A stretch of 63,630 bases of DNA, the filler included, from Rhizaria sp. SCN 62-66 (lineage: Eukaryota), in assembly GCA_001724265.1 (NCBI GenBank). It is 3 parts of 3 records of this genome, joined end to end, with 100 filler letters (N's around TTAATTAATTAA, not from the genome) between each part and the next. Parts side by side here need not be neighbours in the genome. Positions count along the whole stretch, not along the records: positions 1 to 21,539 come from MEDY01000448.1; positions 21,640 to 42,716 come from MEDY01000450.1; 1 more part is not named here. One strand, written 5' to 3'. A model generated the notes under the pieces. It did not search any database. It saw only the letters and a list, made by a program, of their open reading frames with translations, and was not told the DNA's origin. Within the stretch, counting starts at the first letter, position 1. The number at the start of each line of letters is the position of its first letter. The translations under genes and the position numbers were made by a program. Below, in pieces: positions 12,877 to 22,824 of this stretch.

Positions 12877-13689
12877 TTAGGCGGGCGAGATGGGGTCGTA
12901 AGGTTGCGAGTGCGCGTGCGCGCTGGCGGGCACGGCGTCGAGCGCGCGCGCGTAGTCGGCCTCGTCCTCGGCGGCAAGCGCGGCGTCGTCGGCGGCGAGC
13001 GCGGCGGCCGTGTGCGAGCGGGAGGTCGACACGCGGAAGCTGGAGCCGGCGCCCGCGCTTTGGATGGGCTCATAGCCGCCAGAGGAGGTGCAGACCTCGC
13101 TGAAGGCCAGCGGCGCGCCGCGGCGGTACGAGCCCTCGAGCCAGCGCCGCGAAAAGGAGCAGCCGTCTGACACATACCCGGGCACTTGGCGCCAGAACTC
13201 AATGTGCGGGATCGCAGCGACGCCGCGCTGAGGAAAGAGAAGCGAAAGAGTGGTAAGAGAGGACGAGAAAGCAAGATAAAAGAAAGAGCGATTAGAATGC
13301 GATATCAGTGTCAGATAAGCGTAAAGCATAGCGAGCAAGATTGTTCAAGATAATATGCATGATAGCGCAGATAGGCGACGTACGAGTCCGTCAGTGGTGG
13401 CGTTGTACCAGCAGCCGGCGATCATGTAGACGGCGAAGACGACGAGCACGAAGCCGATGAACGACCAGCCGGAGCCGCCCTGTGTGAGGCGCTCGCGGTT
13501 CGTCACGGGCACGCTGCCGGCGGGCACCGGCATCGGCATCGGCTGGTAGACGATGACGGTGCCGCCGGCCGTCGGCGGCGGGTACTGAGGCACGTACATG
13601 ACCTCAGTCTGCGGCGTCGTCGCCACGGTCAGCGAGTCGGAAAGCGCGACCAGCGCCGCTGCAGCGACAATGAAGACAAAGCGGGCCAT
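12877..13689 (-). CDS. Small type I membrane protein with ATG27/cation-dependent M6P-receptor-like TM and juxtamembrane region (~218 aa, 2 exons)
   Basis: Exons 13689-13384 and 13227-12877; intron GTACGT...CAG. The spliced product has a signal peptide, then WSFIGFVLVVFAVYMIAGCWYN..GLRGVAAIPHIEFWRQVPGYVSDGCSF, which resembles the ATG27/M6PR pattern Y..G..YN....G.RG...IP...FW...P..V.DG. YEPI and YDPI are YxxPhi sorting motifs. Ends TAA. Confidence 0.65.
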
Positions 13690-14606
13690 TAGGGCGGTGT
13701 TGTGTGGCAGGTTCGAAGAGGAGTTACGTTAATCACGCTGGACAAAGAGAGTTTTGCAACGATGAGACACGGTTGAAAAGAAGAGAAGGGCTCGGTCTGG
13801 GTGGAAAGATTGAGACATGTAGCGGGTGTATATGACGTATGTGAGATAATTTGAGCAGATACCAGCAGTGCAGCGCCTTAGCCACTCTTGAATACAGCTG
13901 GGATGCATTCGATGATGTTCGATCTAAGGCGCCCCTGGTTGATACGGAAAGTATCGCGGCGTGATTTTCATGTTCTGACCACTGCTCGGACTTGAGGGGT
14001 AAGATGAAGATCTACGCTACTGGAGTCCATGGATGTAGACTTGAACCATTGTAACAAGTTGTTTAGTGCAGAAAATGTGGTTGATTACATGTAGAACTTG
14101 ATCTATATGGAGGTAGACCCGACTTAGTGGTCTAGCCGAGAGAATGAAACATGTGCTACAAAGACCCTCACCAAGAACTTCTCCCACGCAACACAGTGAC
14201 GCAAGTCAGAAATGAAATTACATAACAGGCGTGACCGTGTATGACAAAATTTGCACAAAGTATCAAATCGCGCACTGTCGATTGCAATGAGTGATGTTAA
14301 CCTGGCCAAAGCTGGCCTTCGGGACCCTCTCTCGCCACCACAAGCCAGCCAGCCCGCCAGCCGCCGCCCGTTGGGTCATAACCGTTGGGGAGCCGCTCGG
14401 CCTGTTTTTGTCCCCGTTTTTTGCGGCCTACTGAGACGTCTATTTGAAACATGGTTGATTTCATGGTGCATATTGCTATTTTAATTCTATTTCTAATTTG
14501 GTTAATCTATGTATGACGTTTTTGTTCGACTTTTCGACATGCGAACCACCTGCACGGCTGCCCGCTCACCTCCGCTGTTCGTTGCTTCTTTGTGTCCGCT
14601 CTACAG

Positions 14607-17600
14607 ATGCTCATCAAGCGTATTGAGATTGATGGGTTCAAATCATACGCGTCACGCGTAGTGATTGATAACTGGGACCAGTCGTTCAACGCGATTACTG
14701 GTCTTAACGGCTCCGGCAAGTCCAACATCCTGGACGCCATCTGCTTCGTGCTCGGCATCAACAACCTGGCCCAGGTCCGCGCGCGCGACCCTAACGACCT
14801 CATCTACAAACAGGGCACGGCGCAGGTGCGTAAGGCATCTGTCTCCATTCTGTTTGACAACCGCGACAAGAAGCAGTCCCCCACGGGCTTTGAGCACAAG
14901 GACGAATTCACCATCACGCGCCAGATCGCGGTGGACCAGCGCGGCAAGTATCTCATCGACGGCCAGGTGGCGCAGCAGAACAAGGTGCACACGCTGCTGC
15001 AGTCTGTGCAGCTCAACGTCAACAACCCGCACTTTCTGATCATGCAGGGTCGCGTGACCAAGGTGTGCAACATGAAGCCCGAGGAGCTGCTGGGCCTGCT
15101 CGAGGAGTCGGCTGGCACGCGCATGTACAACCAGAAGCGCAGCGACGCCGTGCAGCTGCTCAGCCGCAAGGACACCAAGGTCGACGAGATCAACAACGTG
15201 CTGCACAACGACGTGCAGAAGACCATGGACAAGCTCGAGAAGGACAAGGTCAACTACGTGACCTTCATCTCCAACTCGACCGCGATCGAGCGCCTGCAGC
15301 GGCTGTGCGCGGCGGCCGACTTCGTCGAGGCCGAGGCGCTGATCGACGCCATTGAGCGCGACCTGGACCAGAACAAGGACCGGCTGAGCGCGGGCGAGGG
15401 CACCAAGTACAGTCTGGCGCAGGAGCGCGGGACTCTCGAGGCGCGGCTGAGCGAGGCCGCGACGCGTATGGCGGGCGTGCCGGAGGACTTGCAGCGCGAG
15501 CGCGACGTCGCACAGCGCGAGGTATCGACGGCCGAGGAGGTCATTAAGGCCGCGCGCGCGCAGATCGCGGCGTACCACGAGACGGCGCGCAAGCAGGCCG
15601 TAGAGCTGCTGGCCGTGGAAAAGAAGCGCGCCGCCGCCGAGGCCGTGCTGGGCAAGACGCGCGCCAAGAAAGACGCCGCGACGGCCGCGCTGGAGGAGAC
15701 TAAGACGAGTCTAGCCTCGCTCGAGTCCTCGCTGATCGGACTCGATCTGGAGGGCCGCGACGGCGCCGAGGGCGGGACTATGTCGGCGCAGCTGGCCGCC
15801 GCCGAGGGGCAGGTGACCGAGACGCAGGGTAAGATCGACGACGTGAAGCAGCGCAAGACGCAGATGGCGAGCGAGCTCAAGCGCGCGGGCACCGACGCCG
15901 AGAAGGAGCGCCGTGCATACAACGAGATGGAGGGCAGCATTGGCAAGCTGCAGCGCGACGCCGCGGCTGCGGGCGAAAAACAGGCCGCCGCCAAGCGCGC
16001 GCTCGAGGCGCAGAACCTGCGCGGCGACCTCGCCAGCGTACGCGCGCGCGTTCAGAACCAGTACAACGAGCTGGAGGGCGAGTTCCACCGGTTGTCGTCC
16101 GACGCCAAGCGCGCCAAGAGCACGGTCGAAGCGCGCACCAAGGTGAGCTACACGCCATGGGCGGGCCACCGCGAGAATTCGGTTAAGGGCACCATCGCCG
16201 GGCTCGTCCGCGTCAAGGACTCGCGGTGGGCGTACGCGCTCGAGATCGTGGCGGGCGCGAAGCTGCAGCACATCGTCGTCGACAACGAGATCACGGCGAC
16301 GGACCTGATCAAGCGCGGTCAGCTGACTTCGCGCGTGACGACGATCCCGCTGACCAAGGTGGCCGCGCGCACGCTGACGCCGCGGCAGCTGCAGCGCGCG
16401 GCCGAGCTCTCGGGCGGCGCCGCGATCCCGGCCGTGGACATGATCGACTGCGCGCCCGAGCTGCGCGACGTGGTGCAGTACGCGCTGGGCGGCGCCTTCA
16501 TTTGCGAGGACCAGCGCATGGCCGAGGCCGTGGCCTTTAACCCCGAGGTACGCGTGCGCTGTGTTACCATCGACGGCGACGTCTTCGACCCCCAGGGCAC
16601 TATCTCCGGCGGCTCGCGCATCGGCAACTCGGGCGTGCTGTCGCTGGCCGCCGACGTGCACCGCCTCAGCGCGGCCGCCGAGGAGAAGAAGCATGAGCTC
16701 GACGCTGTGGCCGCCAAGCTGCAGCTCTGCGACGCCGCCGAGGACTCGGAGCGCCAGCTCGCGCAGAGCCAGGCGCGCCTGGAGGACATGCAGAAGCGGC
16801 TGCGGCAAACGCGGTACGTGGCGCTGAGCGAGCAGGTGAACCAGCTCACGGCGGACCTGGGCGCGCTCGAGACGGAGCTGACGGCGCTGACGGGCGCGCG
16901 CAAGCGCCATGACGACCGGCGCAAGGAGCTGGAGGCCACGATCCGCGATCTCGAGCGCGGCTCCGAGGAGCGGCGCAAGCAACAGGAGTCCAAGATGGCC
17001 GCGCTCAAGAAGGACATCCCGAAGCGCACGAGTGAGGAGAAGGCCGCGGCCGACGCCGTGGTGCGCGCCGAGCAGGACGAGGTGTCGCTGCGCGACGAGA
17101 TCGCGCGCGTCACCGAGCGCAAGACGGGCGCCGAGCAGGCTGCCGAGGAGCTGGGCCGCGCCGACGCGGCCCGCGAGAACGCGCTGGCCGAGCAGCAAAG
17201 CGTGCTCGATGAAGTGCAGAAGCGCGTGCGGCGCGCCGAGGAGGAGATCGAGCGCAACAACAGCGAGCGTGAAGGACTGCGCAAGCGGCTGGACGAGCTG
17301 CGCACCGCTGCGTCAAACCACGAGGCACAGATGAAGCAGCTGAAGCGCGAGGCCGATGACCTTAGCTCCAAGCTTGGCGCCGCCAAGCGCTCTAAGGAGC
17401 GTCTGTTGCGCACGCACAAGTTCATCGCCGTAGACAAGAGCCGCTTCGGCCAGCGCGGCTCCGACTACGACTTCGATGCGCACAACATGGACGAGAAGCG
17501 CGAGGAGCTGACGCGGCTGCAGACGCAGCAGGCCGTGCTGCAGAACACTGTCAACCACAAGGTGATGCCGCTGTACGAGAAGGCGCAAGCTGAGTACGCG

Positions 17601-18137
17601 GACCTGGTCAAGAAGCGCGACATCATCTCCGGTGACAAAAGCAAGATCCAAGCCACGATCGACGACTTGGACAAGCGCAAGCAGGACGCGCTGGAGCGCA
17701 CCTGGGACAACGTCAACCAGGCCTTCGGTAAGATCTTCTCCACGCTGCTGCCCGATGCGATGGCGAAGCTGGAGAAGCACTCCTCGGCCTCTGGCGAGCT
17801 CACCGGCGTGGAGATGCGCGTCGGCTTCAGCAAGGTCTGGAAGAACTCGCTCTCCGAGCTCTCCGGCGGCCAACGCTCGCTGCTGGCGCTGTCGCTCATC
17901 CTCGCCATGCTCAAGTACTCGCCCGCGCCGCTGTACATCCTGGACGAGGTCGACGCCGCGCTTGACCTCTCGCACACGCAGAACATCGGCATCATGCTCA
18001 AGGAGCAGTTCCCGCACGCCCAGTTTGTTGTCGTCTCGCTCAAGGAAGGCATGTTCAACAACGCAAACGTGCTCTTCCGCACCAAGTTTGTCGACGGCGT
18101 CTCACAGGTCGAACGCGTCGTCAGCAGGCGCGCCTGA
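14607..18137 (+). CDS. SMC2: Structural maintenance of chromosomes protein 2 (condensin subunit), 1176 aa
   Basis: N-terminal IDGFKSYA, Walker A GLNGSGKSN, SMC2-type SVQLNVNNPHFLIMQGR, hinge VTIDGDVFDPQGTISGG, signature LSGGQRS, Walker B/D-loop YILDEVDAALDLSHTQNIG. No intron in the CDS; ends TGA. Confidence 0.97.
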   Translation: MLIKRIEIDGFKSYASRVVIDNWDQSFNAITGLNGSGKSNILDAICFVLGINNLAQVRARDPNDLIYKQGTAQVRKASVSILFDNRDKKQSPTGFEHKDEFTITRQIAVDQRGKYLIDGQVAQQNKVHTLLQSVQLNVNNPHFLIMQGRVTKVCNMKPEELLGLLEESAGTRMYNQKRSDAVQLLSRKDTKVDEINNVLHNDVQKTMDKLEKDKVNYVTFISNSTAIERLQRLCAAADFVEAEALIDAIERDLDQNKDRLSAGEGTKYSLAQERGTLEARLSEAATRMAGVPEDLQRERDVAQREVSTAEEVIKAARAQIAAYHETARKQAVELLAVEKKRAAAEAVLGKTRAKKDAATAALEETKTSLASLESSLIGLDLEGRDGAEGGTMSAQLAAAEGQVTETQGKIDDVKQRKTQMASELKRAGTDAEKERRAYNEMEGSIGKLQRDAAAAGEKQAAAKRALEAQNLRGDLASVRARVQNQYNELEGEFHRLSSDAKRAKSTVEARTKVSYTPWAGHRENSVKGTIAGLVRVKDSRWAYALEIVAGAKLQHIVVDNEITATDLIKRGQLTSRVTTIPLTKVAARTLTPRQLQRAAELSGGAAIPAVDMIDCAPELRDVVQYALGGAFICEDQRMAEAVAFNPEVRVRCVTIDGDVFDPQGTISGGSRIGNSGVLSLAADVHRLSAAAEEKKHELDAVAAKLQLCDAAEDSERQLAQSQARLEDMQKRLRQTRYVALSEQVNQLTADLGALETELTALTGARKRHDDRRKELEATIRDLERGSEERRKQQESKMAALKKDIPKRTSEEKAAADAVVRAEQDEVSLRDEIARVTERKTGAEQAAEELGRADAARENALAEQQSVLDEVQKRVRRAEEEIERNNSEREGLRKRLDELRTAASNHEAQMKQLKREADDLSSKLGAAKRSKERLLRTHKFIAVDKSRFGQRGSDYDFDAHNMDEKREELTRLQTQQAVLQNTVNHKVMPLYEKAQAEYADLVKKRDIISGDKSKIQATIDDLDKRKQDALERTWDNVNQAFGKIFSTLLPDAMAKLEKHSSASGELTGVEMRVGFSKVWKNSLSELSGGQRSLLALSLILAMLKYSPAPLYILDEVDAALDLSHTQNIGIMLKEQFPHAQFVVVSLKEGMFNNANVLFRTKFVDGVSQVERVVSRRA

Positions 18138-19813
18138 GTTCAGGCGCGGCACAGTCTGTCTGACTCACGCTCGCTGCAAATCTTGTTGCGTGACGTCGTT
18201 CTTCCTAACAGGTTGCTTTTGTAAACAAAAAAAGGGCCAGAACTTGCTGGTCTTGTTGTTTGTTTGGAATGAAAGTTTTGATACGTACACTTATAAAGTT
18301 GTGTTTAGCGTTGCTATTGTAGCCGGTGGACGACTGCACATGCTTCTCTTTTTTTCAAATCACAATTATGCTTCACTGTACAATACATGCGCGAAAATAT
18401 TTCAATTCACTTGATCTTACTAGACTCATTCATGCTGTGTCTGCTTACTCGGACTGGATATAGAAACAAGAATTGGTGTACAGGTTGATGGTTTTGTATT
18501 CTTATATTTTTGCGTAACATTTACTATACCTAAAAATCAGCGAGAGGAATCAGCTTAATGTCCTCTTCATTAACAGCAACACAGTCTCCGTGAAACCGCC
18601 AGAGTGTGTGTGGGGGTAACACGCAACGTGCAACACGCCCTCGAGCCTAACACGCCCGCGCCGGCCACCAGACTTCGGCAGCGTACTTTCATCGCGTCCG
18701 TAAGTCAGGAGACGAACGAAAAGACGTGCCGAGGCAGGTGGAAGGGCCTGCGCGCGGGGGGGCAGCGAGCAAGACGGGTGTCATTGCGGTACATAACATC
18801 ACAGTAGTTGGGCTAGGGCAGTGGGCGAGGACAGGAAAACTACGGGTACAACACAGTATTACAAAAATATAGAAATACAAGAAAAGAAACAAATTATACA
18901 ATACAGAGAACGACTACATACATATGTAAAGGAGATATACGAATACTACGTCTTTAAGATCTGCACCAAAGTGCGTGAGGCATTGTAACACAGTGGTGGT
19001 GCAGAACTATAATGGCCTTGTGTGCCCTCATGCACAGTCAGCAGCCTCAGAAACTAACTAACAGGGCTGACGCGCGGCGCAGAGTGGCAAATACTACGTT
19101 GATCAGATAGTGTGCACTCGAGCAAGAAGGTTACCGGTTATAAACTAATACAGACAACAGAATGAATAGAGATAGCATGACAAGAAAAAAAGAAAAAGAG
19201 AGAGATTGTAAAGGAAACAAAAAAAAATCATGTCAGGTTTTGCGTTCAGACGTGCTCCACTAAAAGCCACGAACAAAAGAGAGATTTGACGAGCGAACCT
19301 GCTCTCCAGCACCTGTCACGCACTCCAGAGAAGCCGGGACTCGGCAGATGCGTTGTATCGCTCAACAGCGTATCATGCAGTCAGTGCCACAGCGATGCGG
19401 AGTAGAATCGCAGTGATTACCGCCAGCCGTCACGATACAGTACGGCAGCGACGTTGGATTGCATCGGCGTATCGTCGCGTTGTGATGCAGCTCTGATCGA
19501 AGCAGGACTGCAGGGATGCAGCAACGCGACAAGGCAGTGGCGCAACGGAGCGACCGCGTTGCAGTGCGCAACAGAACGACAGCGCGACATAGCAGCAACG
19601 CAGCAGCAGCCAGTAGGGGCAACAACAGCGTCATACAGACCCAAAATGAGTGGGCAGAGTCGGAGATGAGGGTGGGTGAGTAGGTGGGTGCGGAGTCGTG
19701 CATGCAGTGCGCCGAACACAAAACGAGAAATTGAGAGACGAAAGTGGAGAGTGGAGAACGCTGAGTCGAGCGCTGAGTCGAGGGCACGCGCGAGGGGCGG
19801 ACGTCAGCAGCAT

Positions 19814-20784
19814 TTAGTTGGCGGCGAAGTAGACAAAGAGGTGGGAGAAGACGAGGGCGAAGAAAAAGACGCCCCACGAGGGCCAGATAATGGCAATAGC
19901 AACAACGAATGCAAAGAAGAGGGCGACAAGCTGGCGCCGCTTCATCGAGCTGGCCAGCGTGTCGGAGGCCGTGATGTACGACAGGTGCAGCGTCGTCGGC
20001 TTGGGCTCCTTACCGAGCGCAGAGGCCGAGAGCCAGTGCTGAGCGCGGACGAGGTCGTTGCCGCGCAGCAGCAAGGACTTGTCGAACTCGGTCTCCTCCC
20101 ACTCGCGCGCAGTGCAAAGCAGCTTGGTGTGGTAGCGCGCGTGGCGGATGTCGCTGTCGAGCGTGCGCTGCAGCAGCTTCATTGCCGCCTTGAAGTCATC
20201 GCCGTCGGAGCGGAAGAAGATCCAGTTCAGCGCGGCAATCTCCTTGCGCACAATCTTGAAGTCAACGTCGCGGCACACGACGGGAACAATGCGCTTACCG
20301 TTGCGCACGGCGTGGTCGATCTGCATGTTGCAGAACTCGGACTTGACGGAGTCGGGCGACAGCACGAAAATGAAGCAGTCGGACGTGTCGATACCGCGGT
20401 TCGTCTCACGAATCCAGTCGTTGGACGGGGGAATATCCTCCCAATCAACCCAGATCTTACGGTCGTCAACGGCAAGAGCGTCATGGAGCATCTTCACAAA
20501 GCCCTTATCTGTGGAGGAGAGTTGATAGGGAGTGGCAGAGATGCGTTAAAGAGGATGAGAGTGTGTACGCAGGATAGAGCGCCAGCTCAAGAACAAACAT
20601 TGAAGGATAAACAAGATCGCTAGAAAGACAGAACTACAGTGCAATCCAAAAACGTACCTTTACCAGAGAAACAGAGAAGAACAGAACACCCAACGAGGTG
20701 GGAATCAGCCTGATCAAGGAAAGTGCCTGATGAGAGGCCCTCCTTGAACGACTCCTCCCGCTGCTCGTCAGCTGCGGAACTCAT
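19814..20784 (-). CDS. Bacterial-type TIR (TIR_2-like) domain protein with C-terminal transmembrane helices (~273 aa, 2 exons)
   Basis: Exons 20784-20658 and 20508-19814; phase-1 intron GTACGT...CAG. Splicing restores the TIR start VLLCFSGK/DKGFVKMLHDAL, followed by WVDWEDIPP..DW..E...GI..SDCFIFVLSPDSVKSEFC. Then a helical linker HTKLL..AREWE...LLLRG.DL..A..WL and a hydrophobic C-terminus. Ends TAA. Confidence 0.85.
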
Positions 20785-21539
20785 CCTATGGTGCGATGCG
20801 AACAAAAGGAAGGGAAGTAAATGAGGGCAGATGAGCTACTGATGGGCAATATATGTCTCGAAGAGAAACCTGTGTGGCATACAGAGGCGAGGAAGCTGTT
20901 CACCCTCAGTGCCAGAGAAACGGTGGGCGGGAAGGGTAACCAGAAGTCATTCGCATGGCTCTGTGACGTAGCAGTTAAGAGCTTCAATACGCAATTTAAA
21001 ATCCTCGTTGCGTGAAAAATCCATAGTGCAACTAAAAGTGATTGCTGACGATCGGAGTATGCACAAACACAGCGGTTTAGCTTCCACCAAAGACGCCAAG
21101 CAGCCCTGGCCGCCCGAATCTTTCCAGGAGGCATTACGCCCCAACGAGAACGTCAGTATGCATAGGACTGGACAAAAGCGAAATTCGCGGCGTCGGAAAA
21201 TACAACATATTTGACTACTAGAAAACAACCACTCTGAACCACGCCAGCGGCCCGTTTAGTCTCACCCCACAAGAGCCAGCGACTGTGGGACTGGCAGCGG
21301 CTTATCATTTGTTGTGATCAAATTTTGACGGCTCGCTCAAACTTGTTCACTTCAATATCTCACCTTCAATTAAGCAATTTCTTTCGCTTTTTGATTTGGA
21401 TAATAATGTTCTGTCAAGATCAATAATTTTTGTAAACTGAAGTAGTATGGGGGGGAGCGGACTATAACTCACACGAACAAAAATGAGATATCGCATAAGT
21501 CATCACAACTCACACGATCATAACTCAGTCACTGAGGTC

Positions 21540-21639
21540 NNNNNNNNNNNNNNNNNNNNNNNNNNNNNNNNNNNNNNNNNNNNTTAATTAATTAANNNNN
21601 NNNNNNNNNNNNNNNNNNNNNNNNNNNNNNNNNNNNNNN
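21540..21639. other. Artificial contig-joining spacer (N44-TTAATTAATTAA-N44)
   Basis: Exactly 100 nt with a six-frame stop linker; identical in structure to the spacer at 42717-42816. Confidence 0.95.
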
Positions 21640-22260
21640 GATGTTCTTGGTCGTGTTGATGGGCTGCATGCCGAGGTAGCCGAAGGCCTGCTGCGACTCC
21701 TTGTACGCCTGGTACGCCTCACGGTTCAGGAAGCGGTCGGGCACGCCGAGCACGACGGCGGGCTGGAGCGCCTTGAGCTCGGCCGCCGAAAGGGGCTTGA
21801 TGGCCGCCGAGTAGTTGAACGGCAGCAGAGGGTTCGCGGGAGCATCCTCATCGATCTTGGCCTTGACGAGCGCGCCCACGGGCTTCGGGGCAGGGTTCGG
21901 GTTGCCGGTCTTGATGATCGAGTTGATGATCTCCGCCGCGGAGGGCTTGCCCGCGGTCGCAGGGATGGGCTTGCCATTCTCCGTCACGGGGTTCAAGCCG
22001 AGGTGGGAGAAGGGGCCCACGGGCTCGGGGTTGACCGCATTCGCGAGCGCAGCGCCGTCGAAGGCACGGATGAACCACGCCTTGTTGGCAGGATCCACAG
22101 CGCCAGCAGCAGGAGCGGGAGTCGCGGCGTCAGCAGGGGCAGCGAGCAGGGTGAGCTCCGCCGCCGTCTGCAGGTCCATGGACGACTCCATCTCGACAGT
22201 TGCCGCAGAAGCAACAGCCAACACCGCGACGAGCGCCAGAAGAATAATCTTGGAGCTCAT
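21640..22260 (-). CDS. Secreted Ala/Pro-rich hypothetical protein, 3'-truncated by the spacer
   Basis: MSSKIILLALVAVLAVASA signal peptide; strongly C/G-ending codons; the frame runs into the N gap. Confidence 0.75.
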
Positions 22261-22824
22261 CTCTATGGGCAATCAGAACAAAGAAGCGGCAAGGCAACAA
22301 CGCGACCAGGGAGGGCAGTGAGTACTAGTTTTACAAAGGAGGGCAAGCAGGCTCTGGTTGAAGTGGGTGGAGCTGCTCCAACGAGACGTCCCACAACACC
22401 ACGCACGCCGAAACAGAAGATAGGATATGAATGAAAGGGTAAAAAGAGCGCTGACGAAGCCAGAACAAAATCCAGAGTCCGAATCACACACATGGAGGCG
22501 CGCGAGAGGACGTTTCTTGGGGGCCCAAAGAGGGGCAGGGTGGTCCCCTTTCGATCGAAGACCCTTAGCCGCCTGACCGTGAGCAGCCCCCGAAAATGAA
22601 TTTTCTTTTTCGGCCCTTGCTCGTCTCTTCAAAAAAACAACTTAAATGTACTGCTTTCTTTGACTTCATCGAATTAAAAATGTTATAATTATGTATTTAG
22701 TGATTTGTTGAATCTAAAAAACTAGTTATCAATCGTACTTCAAAAGGGTGCTCCCTTAAAAGTCACGCTTTTTACTTCTCCACCACAAACGCGTTTTGCT
22801 TCCGCTCCGTGAGCTTTTGAATCT

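Noticed and set aside
19362-19877. 171-aa ORF and GCA-rich tracts downstream of the TIR gene
   Set aside because: It overlaps the TIR stop in another frame and lacks coding-like codon bias or motifs; probably 3' UTR.
21540-21639. Palindromic TTAATTAATTAA within N runs (also at 42717-42816)
   Set aside because: Identical 100-nt six-frame-stop linker used to concatenate contigs. It is not biological, and adjacency across it is not evidence of linkage.
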